Position numbers and translations under genes: made by a program. A DNA stretch of 32,000 nucleotides, from assembly GCA_965219535.1 (NCBI GenBank), contig CBDCNV010000002.1, positions 630,001-662,000 on the forward strand, read 5' to 3'. Below are positions 7,544 through 16,655 of this stretch, one piece after another (position 1 is the stretch's first letter; every line of letters starts with the position of its first letter). The notes under the pieces are model-generated. The model was not told where the DNA came from. It ran no database searches and saw only the letters and a program-made list of their open reading frames with translations. The DNA is from Opitutales bacterium (lineage in GTDB: Bacteria; Verrucomicrobiota; Verrucomicrobiia; Opitutales; PNEW01).

Positions 7544-8089
7544 TTAATTTAGCACACCTTCCAGGTGAAACTTTACGGTTAAATTAGAATCAACTTTCAG
7601 GACTAAAAATTTAACAATCGGCAAATCCCAATCGAGGTGGTCGATTGCCGCGCTTCCGACAATTGTCCACTTGGTCCCCTCTGATTGAACTTTGATCGGG
7701 ATGGTGATTTCTTTTTCGATACCGTGAAGCGTTAACTTACCTGCGGCGACAGATTTTTCTCCCTGTTCATGTAATTCGTTTAAAATAAAAGAACCATTCG
7801 GATATTTTTTATACTCCTCCCATTTAAGCATCGCTTTGTCCCGGGCTTTTTTGCCGGTTTTTAGATCGTCGAAATCGAAACTGAATTCCGTGTTTATGAT
7901 TTTCGCATTCTCAGCGTCGACATGGATTTTTAAATCGTAATTTTCTAAAGTAGCGACAAACGAATGAGCGGTGACATTGACTCCGACGACAATAGAGGAA
8001 TTATCTTTTTCGATCTGTAGCAGTTGCGCATCACCGTAAAGGAATAACGTAGTAGTGATTAGAATAAGGAAATAAATTAACTTTTTCAT
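7544..8089 (-). CDS. YceI-like (polyisoprenoid-binding) periplasmic protein
   Basis: N-terminal signal-like MKKLIYFLILITTTLFLYG. HSFVATLENY...FDFDDLKTGKKARDKAML...GKLTLHGIEKEITIP matches the YceI-domain pattern. Confidence 0.7.
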   Translation of the reverse strand: MKKLIYFLILITTTLFLYGDAQLLQIEKDNSSIVVGVNVTAHSFVATLENYDLKIHVDAENAKIINTEFSFDFDDLKTGKKARDKAMLKWEEYKKYPNGSFILNELHEQGEKSVAAGKLTLHGIEKEITIPIKVQSEGTKWTIVGSAAIDHLDWDLPIVKFLVLKVDSNLTVKFHLEGVLN

Positions 8090-8235
8090 TTAATTATTAA
8101 ATGTAATCAATAAGACTACATTTTTAAAGATGGCAACCTTTTGACATATAAAGGATTAAATAGAAATTCATTGACCATCCCTGAACGAATCTTGTCTAAT
8201 CAATATCCTGTTTCTCATACTATCGCACAATTAAT

Positions 8236-9909
8236 ATGTCTAAGAACATCAGTGCATTATCTTACCGGAAAGGTCTGGAAAAGAACCTTTTCGAAAAAAT
8301 GGTCGAGTCAGCGGAAAAGACGGGAACGGCAGTTTCGGACGACCTGAAAACAATGGCCGAAGAGTACTTAATCGGTGATGCGATTACACTGGGTGCCGTA
8401 TCTTTCTACGATTTTTTGAAAAAGGAGAATGAAGGTAAAAAAGTCTTTTATTGCAATGGAACGGCCTGCATGACTGCGGGAACACAAGACCCTTTAAAGA
8501 AATATTTGAATAAACATTTTAAAGAAGAAGAGATTGGTGAAATCTGTTGCTTGGGGCGTTGTCATGAAAACGGATCTTTCCAATTTAAGGGAGTAAATTA
8601 TTCGGGGAAAAACGAAAAAGATATCGACCAAATTATTGGAGGAGGAGATTTACCCTCATTAGATGAGTATAATACAGGTTCCAATTTCAAAACACCGGTC
8701 TTACTCGCGGACTATCCCGGACTGGATGAATATTACGGGGTGCTAAAAAAATTATTAGACCGCGATCCGGTTTCCCTTATCGATGAGTTGAAAGCATCGA
8801 AGTTGCGAGGTCGTGGCGGTGCTGGGTTCCCCGCAGGAATTAAATGGGAATCATGCCGTAATGTAACGGCCGAACCAAAATATATCGTTTGCAATGCTGA
8901 CGAAGGGGATCCAGGTGCATACATCGACCGGCATCTCATGGAAAAGCATCCCCACTCCGTTTTGTTTGGTATGATCATGGCGGGTTATCTTGTCGGTTCT
9001 AATGTCGGTGTCCTATACATCAGGGCAGAATATCCTGATTCAATTGCGATAATTGAGCAGTCAATCAAAGAGTTGCAGGAGAATGGGTATGTCGGTGATA
9101 ATATATTGGGCAGTGATTTCTCGTTCCGCTTTAAAGTTATTAAAGGCGCAGGTGCCTATATTTGTGGCGAAGAAACAGCCCTGCTCGCTTCAATCGAGGG
9201 TCGTCGACCTGAAGTGGGTGTTCGCCCTCCATTCCCTACGGAGCAAGGGCTATTTGGAAAACCTACCGTCGTCAATAATGTCGAAACATTTTCCTGCATC
9301 TACCATGTATTTAAAATCGGTGGTGAAGCTTATGCAAAAATTGGGACGGAAGCTTCAACCGGTCCCAAGCTTGTTTCCCTCGACGGCAATTTCAACAAAC
9401 CCGGTCTTTATGAAGTGGAAATGGGAACACCTTTTGTTGAGATTATTCATATTATGGGGGGCGGTTTTAAAGTCCCGGTAAAAGCAGTCCAGGTTGGGGG
9501 CCCCTTGGGCGGTATAGTTCCGGTCGATAAAATTGAAGACCTCACCCTCGATTTTGAATCCTTTAAAGAAAACGGATTTCTATTGGGTCACGGCAGCGTT
9601 GTCTGTATTCCTGAATCTTTCCCTATTCTTCAATACATCGAACACCTATTTGAATTCACGGCGGCTGAATCCTGTGGAAAATGTTTTCCCTGCCGTTTAG
9701 GCTCGGTAAGAGGTCAGGAAATGGCTGAAAAGGCGCGTAAAGAGGATTATAAAATTGACCCAGAACTGATTATGGATTTACTGGATACAATGGAGCTGAC
9801 TTCATTGTGTGCTCTGGGTGGTGGTGTTCCATTGCCGATTAAGAACGCACTTCATTATTTTGAAAAAGAGTTGAGACCCCATTTGAAAAATCAAACGATT
9901 ACGAGATGA
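8236..9909 (+). CDS. NAD-dependent formate dehydrogenase / NADH dehydrogenase flavoprotein subunit (fused NuoE-like 2Fe-2S + NuoF-like FMN/4Fe-4S)
   Basis: CNGTAC...CLGRC (thioredoxin-like 2Fe-2S motif), GRGGAGFPAGIKW (FMN/NADH site), ESCGKCFPCRLG (N3-type 4Fe-4S). The TGA stop overlaps the next ATG (ATGA at 9906..9909). Confidence 0.85.
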   Translation: MSKNISALSYRKGLEKNLFEKMVESAEKTGTAVSDDLKTMAEEYLIGDAITLGAVSFYDFLKKENEGKKVFYCNGTACMTAGTQDPLKKYLNKHFKEEEIGEICCLGRCHENGSFQFKGVNYSGKNEKDIDQIIGGGDLPSLDEYNTGSNFKTPVLLADYPGLDEYYGVLKKLLDRDPVSLIDELKASKLRGRGGAGFPAGIKWESCRNVTAEPKYIVCNADEGDPGAYIDRHLMEKHPHSVLFGMIMAGYLVGSNVGVLYIRAEYPDSIAIIEQSIKELQENGYVGDNILGSDFSFRFKVIKGAGAYICGEETALLASIEGRRPEVGVRPPFPTEQGLFGKPTVVNNVETFSCIYHVFKIGGEAYAKIGTEASTGPKLVSLDGNFNKPGLYEVEMGTPFVEIIHIMGGGFKVPVKAVQVGGPLGGIVPVDKIEDLTLDFESFKENGFLLGHGSVVCIPESFPILQYIEHLFEFTAAESCGKCFPCRLGSVRGQEMAEKARKEDYKIDPELIMDLLDTMELTSLCALGGGVPLPIKNALHYFEKELRPHLKNQTITR

Positions 9910-12716
9910 TTAAATCGGTCGATAATTCCCGCGTAGTATATGTTGATGATCAACCTCACGAATTCGAGGAGGGCGATACGATTTTGGCGTTAATCGATCG
10001 TCATTACGGTCGGGGTTTTGTGCCGACCCTTTGCGATGCTCCTCAATTAGAACCCTATGGTGCTTGCCGGGTATGCTCCCTCGAAATTGCCCAGTCTGCA
10101 GAAGGACCTCGCCGCGTTGTTGCTTCTTGTCACACCCCTATAACTCCGGGGATGCACATTTTTCCGGAATCAAAAAATATTCAAAGATTAAGGCGCAATA
10201 TTATTGAATTGGTTCTCACTGACCATCCCCTCGATTGCCTCACTTGTGAGGTTAATGGCAATTGTGAATTACAAACCGTTGCCGCCAAAGTAGGGGTTCG
10301 CGATGTGCGCTATCCGGAAGGTAAAAACCATCTCGATCGGGCGAAAGATTTGAGTCATCCCTACATGACATCGGATTTGTCAAAGTGCATAAATTGTGAT
10401 CGATGTGTTCGAGCCTGTGACGAAGTTCAAGGTCAATTCGTGCTCAGTATGCATGGCCGCGGTTTCGATAGCCGGATCATTAAAGGTTTGGATTCAACTT
10501 TTGAAGATTCGGATTGTGTATCGTGTGGAGCCTGTGCTCAAGCCTGTCCGACATCAGCAATTTCCGATGTATTTCAATCCAAGTCAATTGAAGCGTCAGC
10601 CAAAACGCGAACCGTCTGCACTTATTGCGGGGTGGGGTGCAACCTGGATGTTGCGGTCAAAAATAAAGAGGTGCATTCTATTCAAGCGCCGATAGATGCG
10701 GAGGTAAATCATGCGCACACCTGTATAAAAGGAAGGTATGCTTTTAAGTTTTATAACCACCCTGACCGATTGAGGACTCCGCTCGTAAAACGTGAGGGTA
10801 AATTTGTCGAAGTTTCCTGGGATGAAGCTTATGATACGATGGTAACCCGCTTCAACGAAATACGCGCGCGCTCCGGACCGGATGCGATTGCCGGTATATC
10901 ATCTGCGCGTTGCACAAACGAAGAAAACTACCTGATGCAAAAATTCATTCGGGCGGTCATCGGGACAAACAATATCGATTGCTGCGCACGTGTATGTCAC
11001 GCGCCGACCGCCTGGGGCATGCAACAGAGTTTTGGCACCGGTGCAGCGACAAATTCGACCAGCGATTTGGAAAAAACAGATTTGATTCTCCTTATAGGAG
11101 CTAATCCGACGCAGGGGCATCCCGTAACCGGAGCAAGGATTAAACAAAAGGTTATGAAGGGAACACCGTTGATTGTCATCGATCCGCGCGAGATCGAACT
11201 GGTTCCCTATGCGGATTATCATCTGCAATTACGTCCGGGTACTAACATCGCCATGCTCAACATGATTGCCTACTTCATTATTGAAGCGGGACTCGTCAAT
11301 GAGGATTTTATCAAGGAGCGCTGCGAGGACTTTGAAGTTTTTAGCGAGAATATAAAAAAGCTCGATATTGATGAAATGGAGCGTGTAACGGGTGTAGATC
11401 GTAACCTCGTTAAAGAAGCGGCCATCGCTTATGCTTCAGCACCGCGAGCGATGAGTTTTCACGGACTGGGTGTTACCGAGCATTCCCAGGGCAGCAAGAC
11501 CGTAATGCTCATTTCAAACATTGCCATGATGACGGGGAATATCGGTCGCGAAGGAGTAGGAGTCAATCCTCTGCGCGGGCAAAACAATGTTCAGGGCGCC
11601 GCAGATATGGGTGTGCAACCGCACCAGGGAGCGGGTTATCTCAATGTTACGCTTCCGGAAATTCACGAGCAATATGAAAAGGCTTATGGAGCCAAGCTCT
11701 CAAACAAGATCGGTTACAAGATTCCGCAGATGTTTGAAGCAGCATTGGATAAGGATCTTAAAGCGCTCTGGATAATTGGCGAGGACGTAGTTCAAACGGA
11801 TCCCAATTCCGCGGAAGTACGAAAAGCCATGGAGAGCCTGGAGTTTCTCGTTGTGCAGGAAATTTTCATGACCGAAACCGCCCACTACGCAGATGTCATT
11901 CTTCCGGCAACCTCGTTTCTTGAAAAAAGTGGAACTTTCACCAATGCCGAGCGCCGTGTTCAACGCGTTAATCGTGTAGTTGAACCACTTGAGGGAACCA
12001 GAACCGACGGGCAGATCGTTGTCGATGTAATGAACAGGATGGGCTACGAACAAAAAGGTTATAGTCCAGACATTCTCCTCGAAGAAATTTCACAGGTCGT
12101 TCCCTTTTTTAAAGGCATCCGTTGGGATGAACTGGGTAAAAATGGCAAGCAGTGGCCGGTGGCTGAGGATGGTACTGATACCAAAATTATGCACCGCGAC
12201 ACCTTTAAAAGGGGCAAGGGAAAGTTTCACTATTTCGATTGGATTGAATCAAAAGAAATAGAAAAAAATCGTGATGAGTTCCCCTTTATTCTTACAACCG
12301 GTCGAATATTGGAGCATTATAATTGCGGGACTATGACTCGCCGCACCAGCAATAAAGATATTGTCAGTGAAGATATTCTCGCGATTAACCCGAAAGATGC
12401 GGATAACAAAGGAGTCGTGTCAGGAGATAAAGTGAGAATCTTTTCCGAACGTGGTGAAGTGGAACTGGACGCAGTAGTTTCCAGTGAAGTTAAACCCGGC
12501 ATCCTTTATACTACTTTTCATTTTCCCGAACATATGGTCAACCAGGTAACAAGTGAGGAAAAAGACGAGGAAAGTATGTGTCCCGAGTATAAAGTTTCGG
12601 CCGTAGATTTTGAAAAAGTTTCACCGTCTGTTTCCGCGGAAAAGAAAACCGAAGAAACGGTCAGTTCTGGAAAAAAAAGAAAACCTACCCCTGTTTTTGG
12701 AAGTGGATCGGGTTAA
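9906..12716 (+). CDS. Formate dehydrogenase alpha subunit, NAD-linked type (NuoG-like Fe-S N-terminus + Mo/W-bis-PGD domain), Cys variant
   Basis: 2Fe-2S ferredoxin N-terminus, HPLDCLTCEVNGNCELQ, two CxxCxxCxxxCP motifs, CTYCGVGCNLDV. The active-site stretch IDCCARVCHAPT has Cys364 (TGT 10995..10997) where FDHs carry Sec or Cys, followed by His. Confidence 0.85.
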   Translation: MIKSVDNSRVVYVDDQPHEFEEGDTILALIDRHYGRGFVPTLCDAPQLEPYGACRVCSLEIAQSAEGPRRVVASCHTPITPGMHIFPESKNIQRLRRNIIELVLTDHPLDCLTCEVNGNCELQTVAAKVGVRDVRYPEGKNHLDRAKDLSHPYMTSDLSKCINCDRCVRACDEVQGQFVLSMHGRGFDSRIIKGLDSTFEDSDCVSCGACAQACPTSAISDVFQSKSIEASAKTRTVCTYCGVGCNLDVAVKNKEVHSIQAPIDAEVNHAHTCIKGRYAFKFYNHPDRLRTPLVKREGKFVEVSWDEAYDTMVTRFNEIRARSGPDAIAGISSARCTNEENYLMQKFIRAVIGTNNIDCCARVCHAPTAWGMQQSFGTGAATNSTSDLEKTDLILLIGANPTQGHPVTGARIKQKVMKGTPLIVIDPREIELVPYADYHLQLRPGTNIAMLNMIAYFIIEAGLVNEDFIKERCEDFEVFSENIKKLDIDEMERVTGVDRNLVKEAAIAYASAPRAMSFHGLGVTEHSQGSKTVMLISNIAMMTGNIGREGVGVNPLRGQNNVQGAADMGVQPHQGAGYLNVTLPEIHEQYEKAYGAKLSNKIGYKIPQMFEAALDKDLKALWIIGEDVVQTDPNSAEVRKAMESLEFLVVQEIFMTETAHYADVILPATSFLEKSGTFTNAERRVQRVNRVVEPLEGTRTDGQIVVDVMNRMGYEQKGYSPDILLEEISQVVPFFKGIRWDELGKNGKQWPVAEDGTDTKIMHRDTFKRGKGKFHYFDWIESKEIEKNRDEFPFILTTGRILEHYNCGTMTRRTSNKDIVSEDILAINPKDADNKGVVSGDKVRIFSERGEVELDAVVSSEVKPGILYTTFHFPEHMVNQVTSEEKDEESMCPEYKVSAVDFEKVSPSVSAEKKTEETVSSGKKRKPTPVFGSGSG

Positions 12717-12914
12717 TCCGCGGTAGGAACGCAGATGCCACCGGCTCAAGGTGGCGGATTCGCTAGATTCAGGATGCTACATTATAGAAATATAATGGAG
12801 GGCCGCGCATTACCTGTCGGCCATAGCCCACCGGCCGACGGCTGATCACGTCCGCTGATTGTCCATTGATTGCTGTAACCTAAAGCGGCCACGACGACGC
12901 GTGGCCCTCCACCT

Positions 12915-15332
12915 TCAACTCAGGTTCTTATCGCCCGTATTCCTGATAATAGAAGGGGAAAACTTTATCGCCGCATATTCATCTTCGTAGTAAGCGACCT
13001 TGGCATTTTCATCGAGCACAACTTGCCAATTCCGCTCCAGTTTTTCGTCAAATTTCACAGTTACACGCAATACATGTATTTCCATCATTTCACAGCAGCA
13101 ATCTTCAAAAGATAGCGGCGCGGTATCTTCATCGAGGTAAAAATAGAGAGAGTGCTCTGTTTGTTTCGGACCTGTCGATCTACCGGTAATTACCCGTGCT
13201 TGCGAATCATACTGCCACGCCTCGACAGCAAATGCACCTGTTATATGCCGATCCGAGCCGATGAGCGTAACTTCTTTCTGCTTTTCGCTAACAAATATCA
13301 CCTGACAGGTAAAAGGAGGAAGCGATACGGCATATTCATCATTGAGTATCCCCAGAAACCGTTTCTCCCAGAAGTCGAATAAGAAAAATTGCTTCTTACT
13401 ATCTACCACCTCTTCCTGTTTGAACGATACGCTGATTTCTTCGTCTTTATTCCAGTTGAACAAGCCAATTACCGTGTGGTCATCTCCTCCAGGTTGAGAG
13501 ACCGGAAGCACCCAGATACTCAGAGGGTTTTTTTCAGCCATCAGGTCGAGTGGGTATCCACGACCCGGATAAACGGGCAGGGCGCGGTTATAAAGATGAA
13601 AGCGTTCATCCGACGTTCTCTCCAGCGCTCCACCCACAAAAAAACACCAACAGTTGATCCCATACAAAGAGACAATTGCTTTTGCTTTTTCGAAAGGGGT
13701 TATAATTTTTTGTGTGAGTGGAATCTTTGAGTCCCAGAAGAATGGCTTTTCCGCGATATCAATAAATTCAGGGTCCAATTGAAACCACTTGCCGTGATAG
13801 AAGTAACGTTGGGCCATTTGATGAAGCAGTATCGTTTCCATACCTCCGCGAAAGTCCTGCGCGGCGCGCGAGCTATCGACGATCCCAATCGTTTGTGTTG
13901 GATGGGTGCTCGAGATAAACACATCGGGTCCGACTAACTCTCTTATGCGCTGAATTCTATTACGGTAGGCTTCTACTAATGTGATATCAGTTTGAAAATT
14001 TTGCGATCCACCCCCGATAAACAGATAGTCGAAACCCCATTCATCAATATACTTTTTTTTAATCCACTTGGCCGCCGCATCGTCCCATTCTCGCTTCCCT
14101 CCCTTGATATGTTGAAACTCTACAAAGTGAAATCCCGCTTGAAAACCGCGCTTATGAATCTCATCCGTAAAACTTCTGATACCATCGGGAAAATATTTCT
14201 CCAAGTTGAAGCCCTCAGCCAAGCCTTGATAATCCGAACGAGAGACATCAATCTTTTTTAGCACTTCATCCGGAATCGTTGACCTCCAATCAAAGTCGTC
14301 GGGAGCGACTTCATTAGCTTCACCTACAGCCAGCGTAAACATGATAGTGCTCAGACCGTAAGGTTGTAATTTATCCTGCAGGATTTCCATGTTGGTCGTT
14401 AATCGTTCACTGGTCACATGCTTAGGATCAATATTACGAAATGAAGGATCACAGGCGTAATCGCCCCATAACCCGGATGCTGGTTTGAACCTCAACTTTA
14501 TTTTGAGATAATCTCGGACATAATCAGCATGGTTATCCAATGCGTCATGGATAGAGCTTGAATGTGTAAATGAAAATCTGCACGCGATGGAACGACCCGC
14601 ACCCAGATAGAGCGGATGGATAGGGATAGTTTTCGCTTTCGGGTTGGCGGTCACTGCACCACCGGGACCAATCCAGGGATAATTGTTTTTAGTCTCCTGC
14701 AGAGCCGACGCATAGAATTTAATCCCTGAGTTATCGCGGGAAAAAACATAGCGATAAAAAGCTTTGGGAGCTGTCCCCATCCCAATAACAAAATTTATGT
14801 TTCTGGCGGGATTATTTAATGCCGTAGACCAGTAAGCTTCAATTTGCGAACCGCTCTTAAGCTCCGTTGTTACCTCTTCGAGGATTTTCGAATACCATAA
14901 AAAACCACCCATGTTCGGGCTGCAGTTTAGGACGCGACATTTCTCTTTTTCTTCCCAGTCTTCAAATAGGATTCCATCAATAGGGAATATGTCTTCGACC
15001 TTAACGGTGTCGGATGCATCGTTAGTGACCGTTAAGGCAATAGCCCGTGCCAGTCCGTTATCATAGCTATGGAGCTGCCAGATAAACGACAGATTAAACT
15101 CATCGTTGACAAACTCAGCAATGACACAATCGCCTGATCCGGCAGGGTCGTTGAAAGATTTCTTTTTAGATTGAACAAATCTACCAAAGATTTTTTTCCC
15201 ACCCGCGAGGTGAGCGCCCACTCGGCTTTCTTTGATTGTAAACCCGTCCGCGGTAAGCAGAGTCCAGGTGTTAGCAACCGAATCAAAGTGTATTTCTTCC
15301 TGATTAACGAGGGTGTGCTTTTCTGGGTTCAT
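12915..15332 (-). CDS. Large cytoplasmic protein of unknown function (possible TIM-barrel glycosidase, melibiase/GH-D-clan-like)
   Basis: Uninterrupted 805-aa ORF with no signal peptide. The only functional hint is YIDEWGFDYLFIGGG, which resembles the WG(V/I)DYLK.D motif of alpha-galactosidase-type enzymes. The function call is weak. Confidence 0.5.
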   Translation of the reverse strand: MNPEKHTLVNQEEIHFDSVANTWTLLTADGFTIKESRVGAHLAGGKKIFGRFVQSKKKSFNDPAGSGDCVIAEFVNDEFNLSFIWQLHSYDNGLARAIALTVTNDASDTVKVEDIFPIDGILFEDWEEKEKCRVLNCSPNMGGFLWYSKILEEVTTELKSGSQIEAYWSTALNNPARNINFVIGMGTAPKAFYRYVFSRDNSGIKFYASALQETKNNYPWIGPGGAVTANPKAKTIPIHPLYLGAGRSIACRFSFTHSSSIHDALDNHADYVRDYLKIKLRFKPASGLWGDYACDPSFRNIDPKHVTSERLTTNMEILQDKLQPYGLSTIMFTLAVGEANEVAPDDFDWRSTIPDEVLKKIDVSRSDYQGLAEGFNLEKYFPDGIRSFTDEIHKRGFQAGFHFVEFQHIKGGKREWDDAAAKWIKKKYIDEWGFDYLFIGGGSQNFQTDITLVEAYRNRIQRIRELVGPDVFISSTHPTQTIGIVDSSRAAQDFRGGMETILLHQMAQRYFYHGKWFQLDPEFIDIAEKPFFWDSKIPLTQKIITPFEKAKAIVSLYGINCWCFFVGGALERTSDERFHLYNRALPVYPGRGYPLDLMAEKNPLSIWVLPVSQPGGDDHTVIGLFNWNKDEEISVSFKQEEVVDSKKQFFLFDFWEKRFLGILNDEYAVSLPPFTCQVIFVSEKQKEVTLIGSDRHITGAFAVEAWQYDSQARVITGRSTGPKQTEHSLYFYLDEDTAPLSFEDCCCEMMEIHVLRVTVKFDEKLERNWQVVLDENAKVAYYEDEYAAIKFSPSIIRNTGDKNLS

Positions 15333-15488
15333 GATGCCTTTTTCGCTGAATTAATTTCGTTTAGGATGTTTCGAAATAGGCATTACAGCAATCTCTTATA
15401 TTCGTGTATGCGATAATGCGAATATGCGTGAAAGCGGATATGCGTGTATGAGTATAATCGGAAATGCAAATTAAGATATCTTTTCCCC

Positions 15489-15516
15489 AATCGAAAATCT
15501 GCAATCGAAAATCGGC
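15489..15516. repeat. Tandem 14-mer AATCGAAAATCTGC / AATCGAAAATCGGC, followed by AATTG
   Basis: Read directly. The same AATCGAAAATCGGC...GGCAATTG recurs at 19690..19715. A related AATCGGAAATGC lies at 15456..15467. Confidence 0.75.
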
Positions 15517-15553
15517 AATTGTATCAGCCCGCTCCACCTAATGAAGAGCATAG

Positions 15554-16501
15554 TCATGATCTACGGGAAAGCTGGTCCAATTTTGCCAATACCGTCTGAA
15601 TATAATTTCTTAACTCGTCGGCTGAACTAGGGGTGTAATCATAAAACCCTTTACCCGACTTTACTCCCAACTCACCGCGCTCAACTTTTTCTTTAAGCAA
15701 TGAAGACAGCTCGGTTGAAGATTCGATTACAGGTAAAAGGTTGGAAGTCACGGCGGAGAGAACGTCCCATCCACCAAAATCCAGAACCGCAAAAATCCCC
15801 GCTGCTGCCCAACGGCGACCAAGGCTGCTTTTGATAACGGTGTCTACATCCTGTGGGCTCGCAATACCGCGCTCCACGATGGATAGACTTTCGCGTAAAA
15901 GTGCAACTTGCAGGCGGTTGACGATGAAGCCGGGGACCTCCTTCTGCAGAACCACTGGGCTTTTCCCAATTTTTATTAATAAATCATAAATCGCTGTTAC
16001 TGTTTCATCCGCTGTTTCATCATGGCGGACAATTTCGACGAGGGGGATGAGATAAGGGGGGTTGATGTAATGAACAACAAGAACCTTTTCCGGACGATGA
16101 GTTGCGGACGCGAGTTTACTCGGAAGCAGGGTAGAGGTGTTGCTGCCAAGGATTGTATGCTCCGGGCATAATTTATCCAGGTCCTGAAATATCTTTTGTT
16201 TCAATTCCAGATCTTCGGTAACTGCTTCGATAACAAGATCAGCTTCAGAAACGGCGTCCTCGAGGACTGCGCTCACCTGGATGTTATCCAATACCTGAGT
16301 CGCTTGATCTTCTGTTACCATTTCAAGCTGGGTAAGTATAATTAAGTTTGCCTTAATATTTTCGATTGCCTGACAAAGCAGTTCTTCATTCAGATCGTGC
16401 ACACTTACCTGGTACCCCCCTAATGCGAATTCCTGGGCAAGACCATGGCCCATGAGCCCTGCACCGATAATGGTAATTTTTGAAATATCTTCTGCTTTCA
16501 T
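15554..16501 (-). CDS. 3-hydroxyacyl-CoA dehydrogenase family protein (Hbd / L-gulonate-3-dehydrogenase-like)
   Basis: ITIIGAGLMGHGLAQEFALGGYQV (NAD fold), EDLELKQKIF, HYINPPYLIPLVEIV, QKEVPGFIVNRLQ. ATG at 16501 is preferred over the upstream TTG at 16555 used by the track. Confidence 0.8.
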   Translation of the reverse strand: MKAEDISKITIIGAGLMGHGLAQEFALGGYQVSVHDLNEELLCQAIENIKANLIILTQLEMVTEDQATQVLDNIQVSAVLEDAVSEADLVIEAVTEDLELKQKIFQDLDKLCPEHTILGSNTSTLLPSKLASATHRPEKVLVVHYINPPYLIPLVEIVRHDETADETVTAIYDLLIKIGKSPVVLQKEVPGFIVNRLQVALLRESLSIVERGIASPQDVDTVIKSSLGRRWAAAGIFAVLDFGGWDVLSAVTSNLLPVIESSTELSSLLKEKVERGELGVKSGKGFYDYTPSSADELRNYIQTVLAKLDQLSRRS

Positions 16502-16655
16502 AATTCGGCTATTATGGTTCAATTTACTTATAATCGTCCATTCATCCAATCGCAATTGATTGCTATCCTATCTTTATTCCAGGAGCTTGAGAGTTGCAAC
16601 CACGATTTGTTAACGGTTGACTCTATCTTAATAATCGCTTGTTTTTCCGTTAGTC

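Noticed and set aside
8141-8347. 68-aa ORF overlapping the start of the FDH flavoprotein gene
   Set aside because: It is out of frame with, and mostly inside, a strongly supported gene and its 5' leader, and has no motif support.
15489-15516. CRISPR array
   Set aside because: There are only two adjacent 14-nt units with no spacers. Nowhere in the window are there regularly spaced 25-40-nt repeats.
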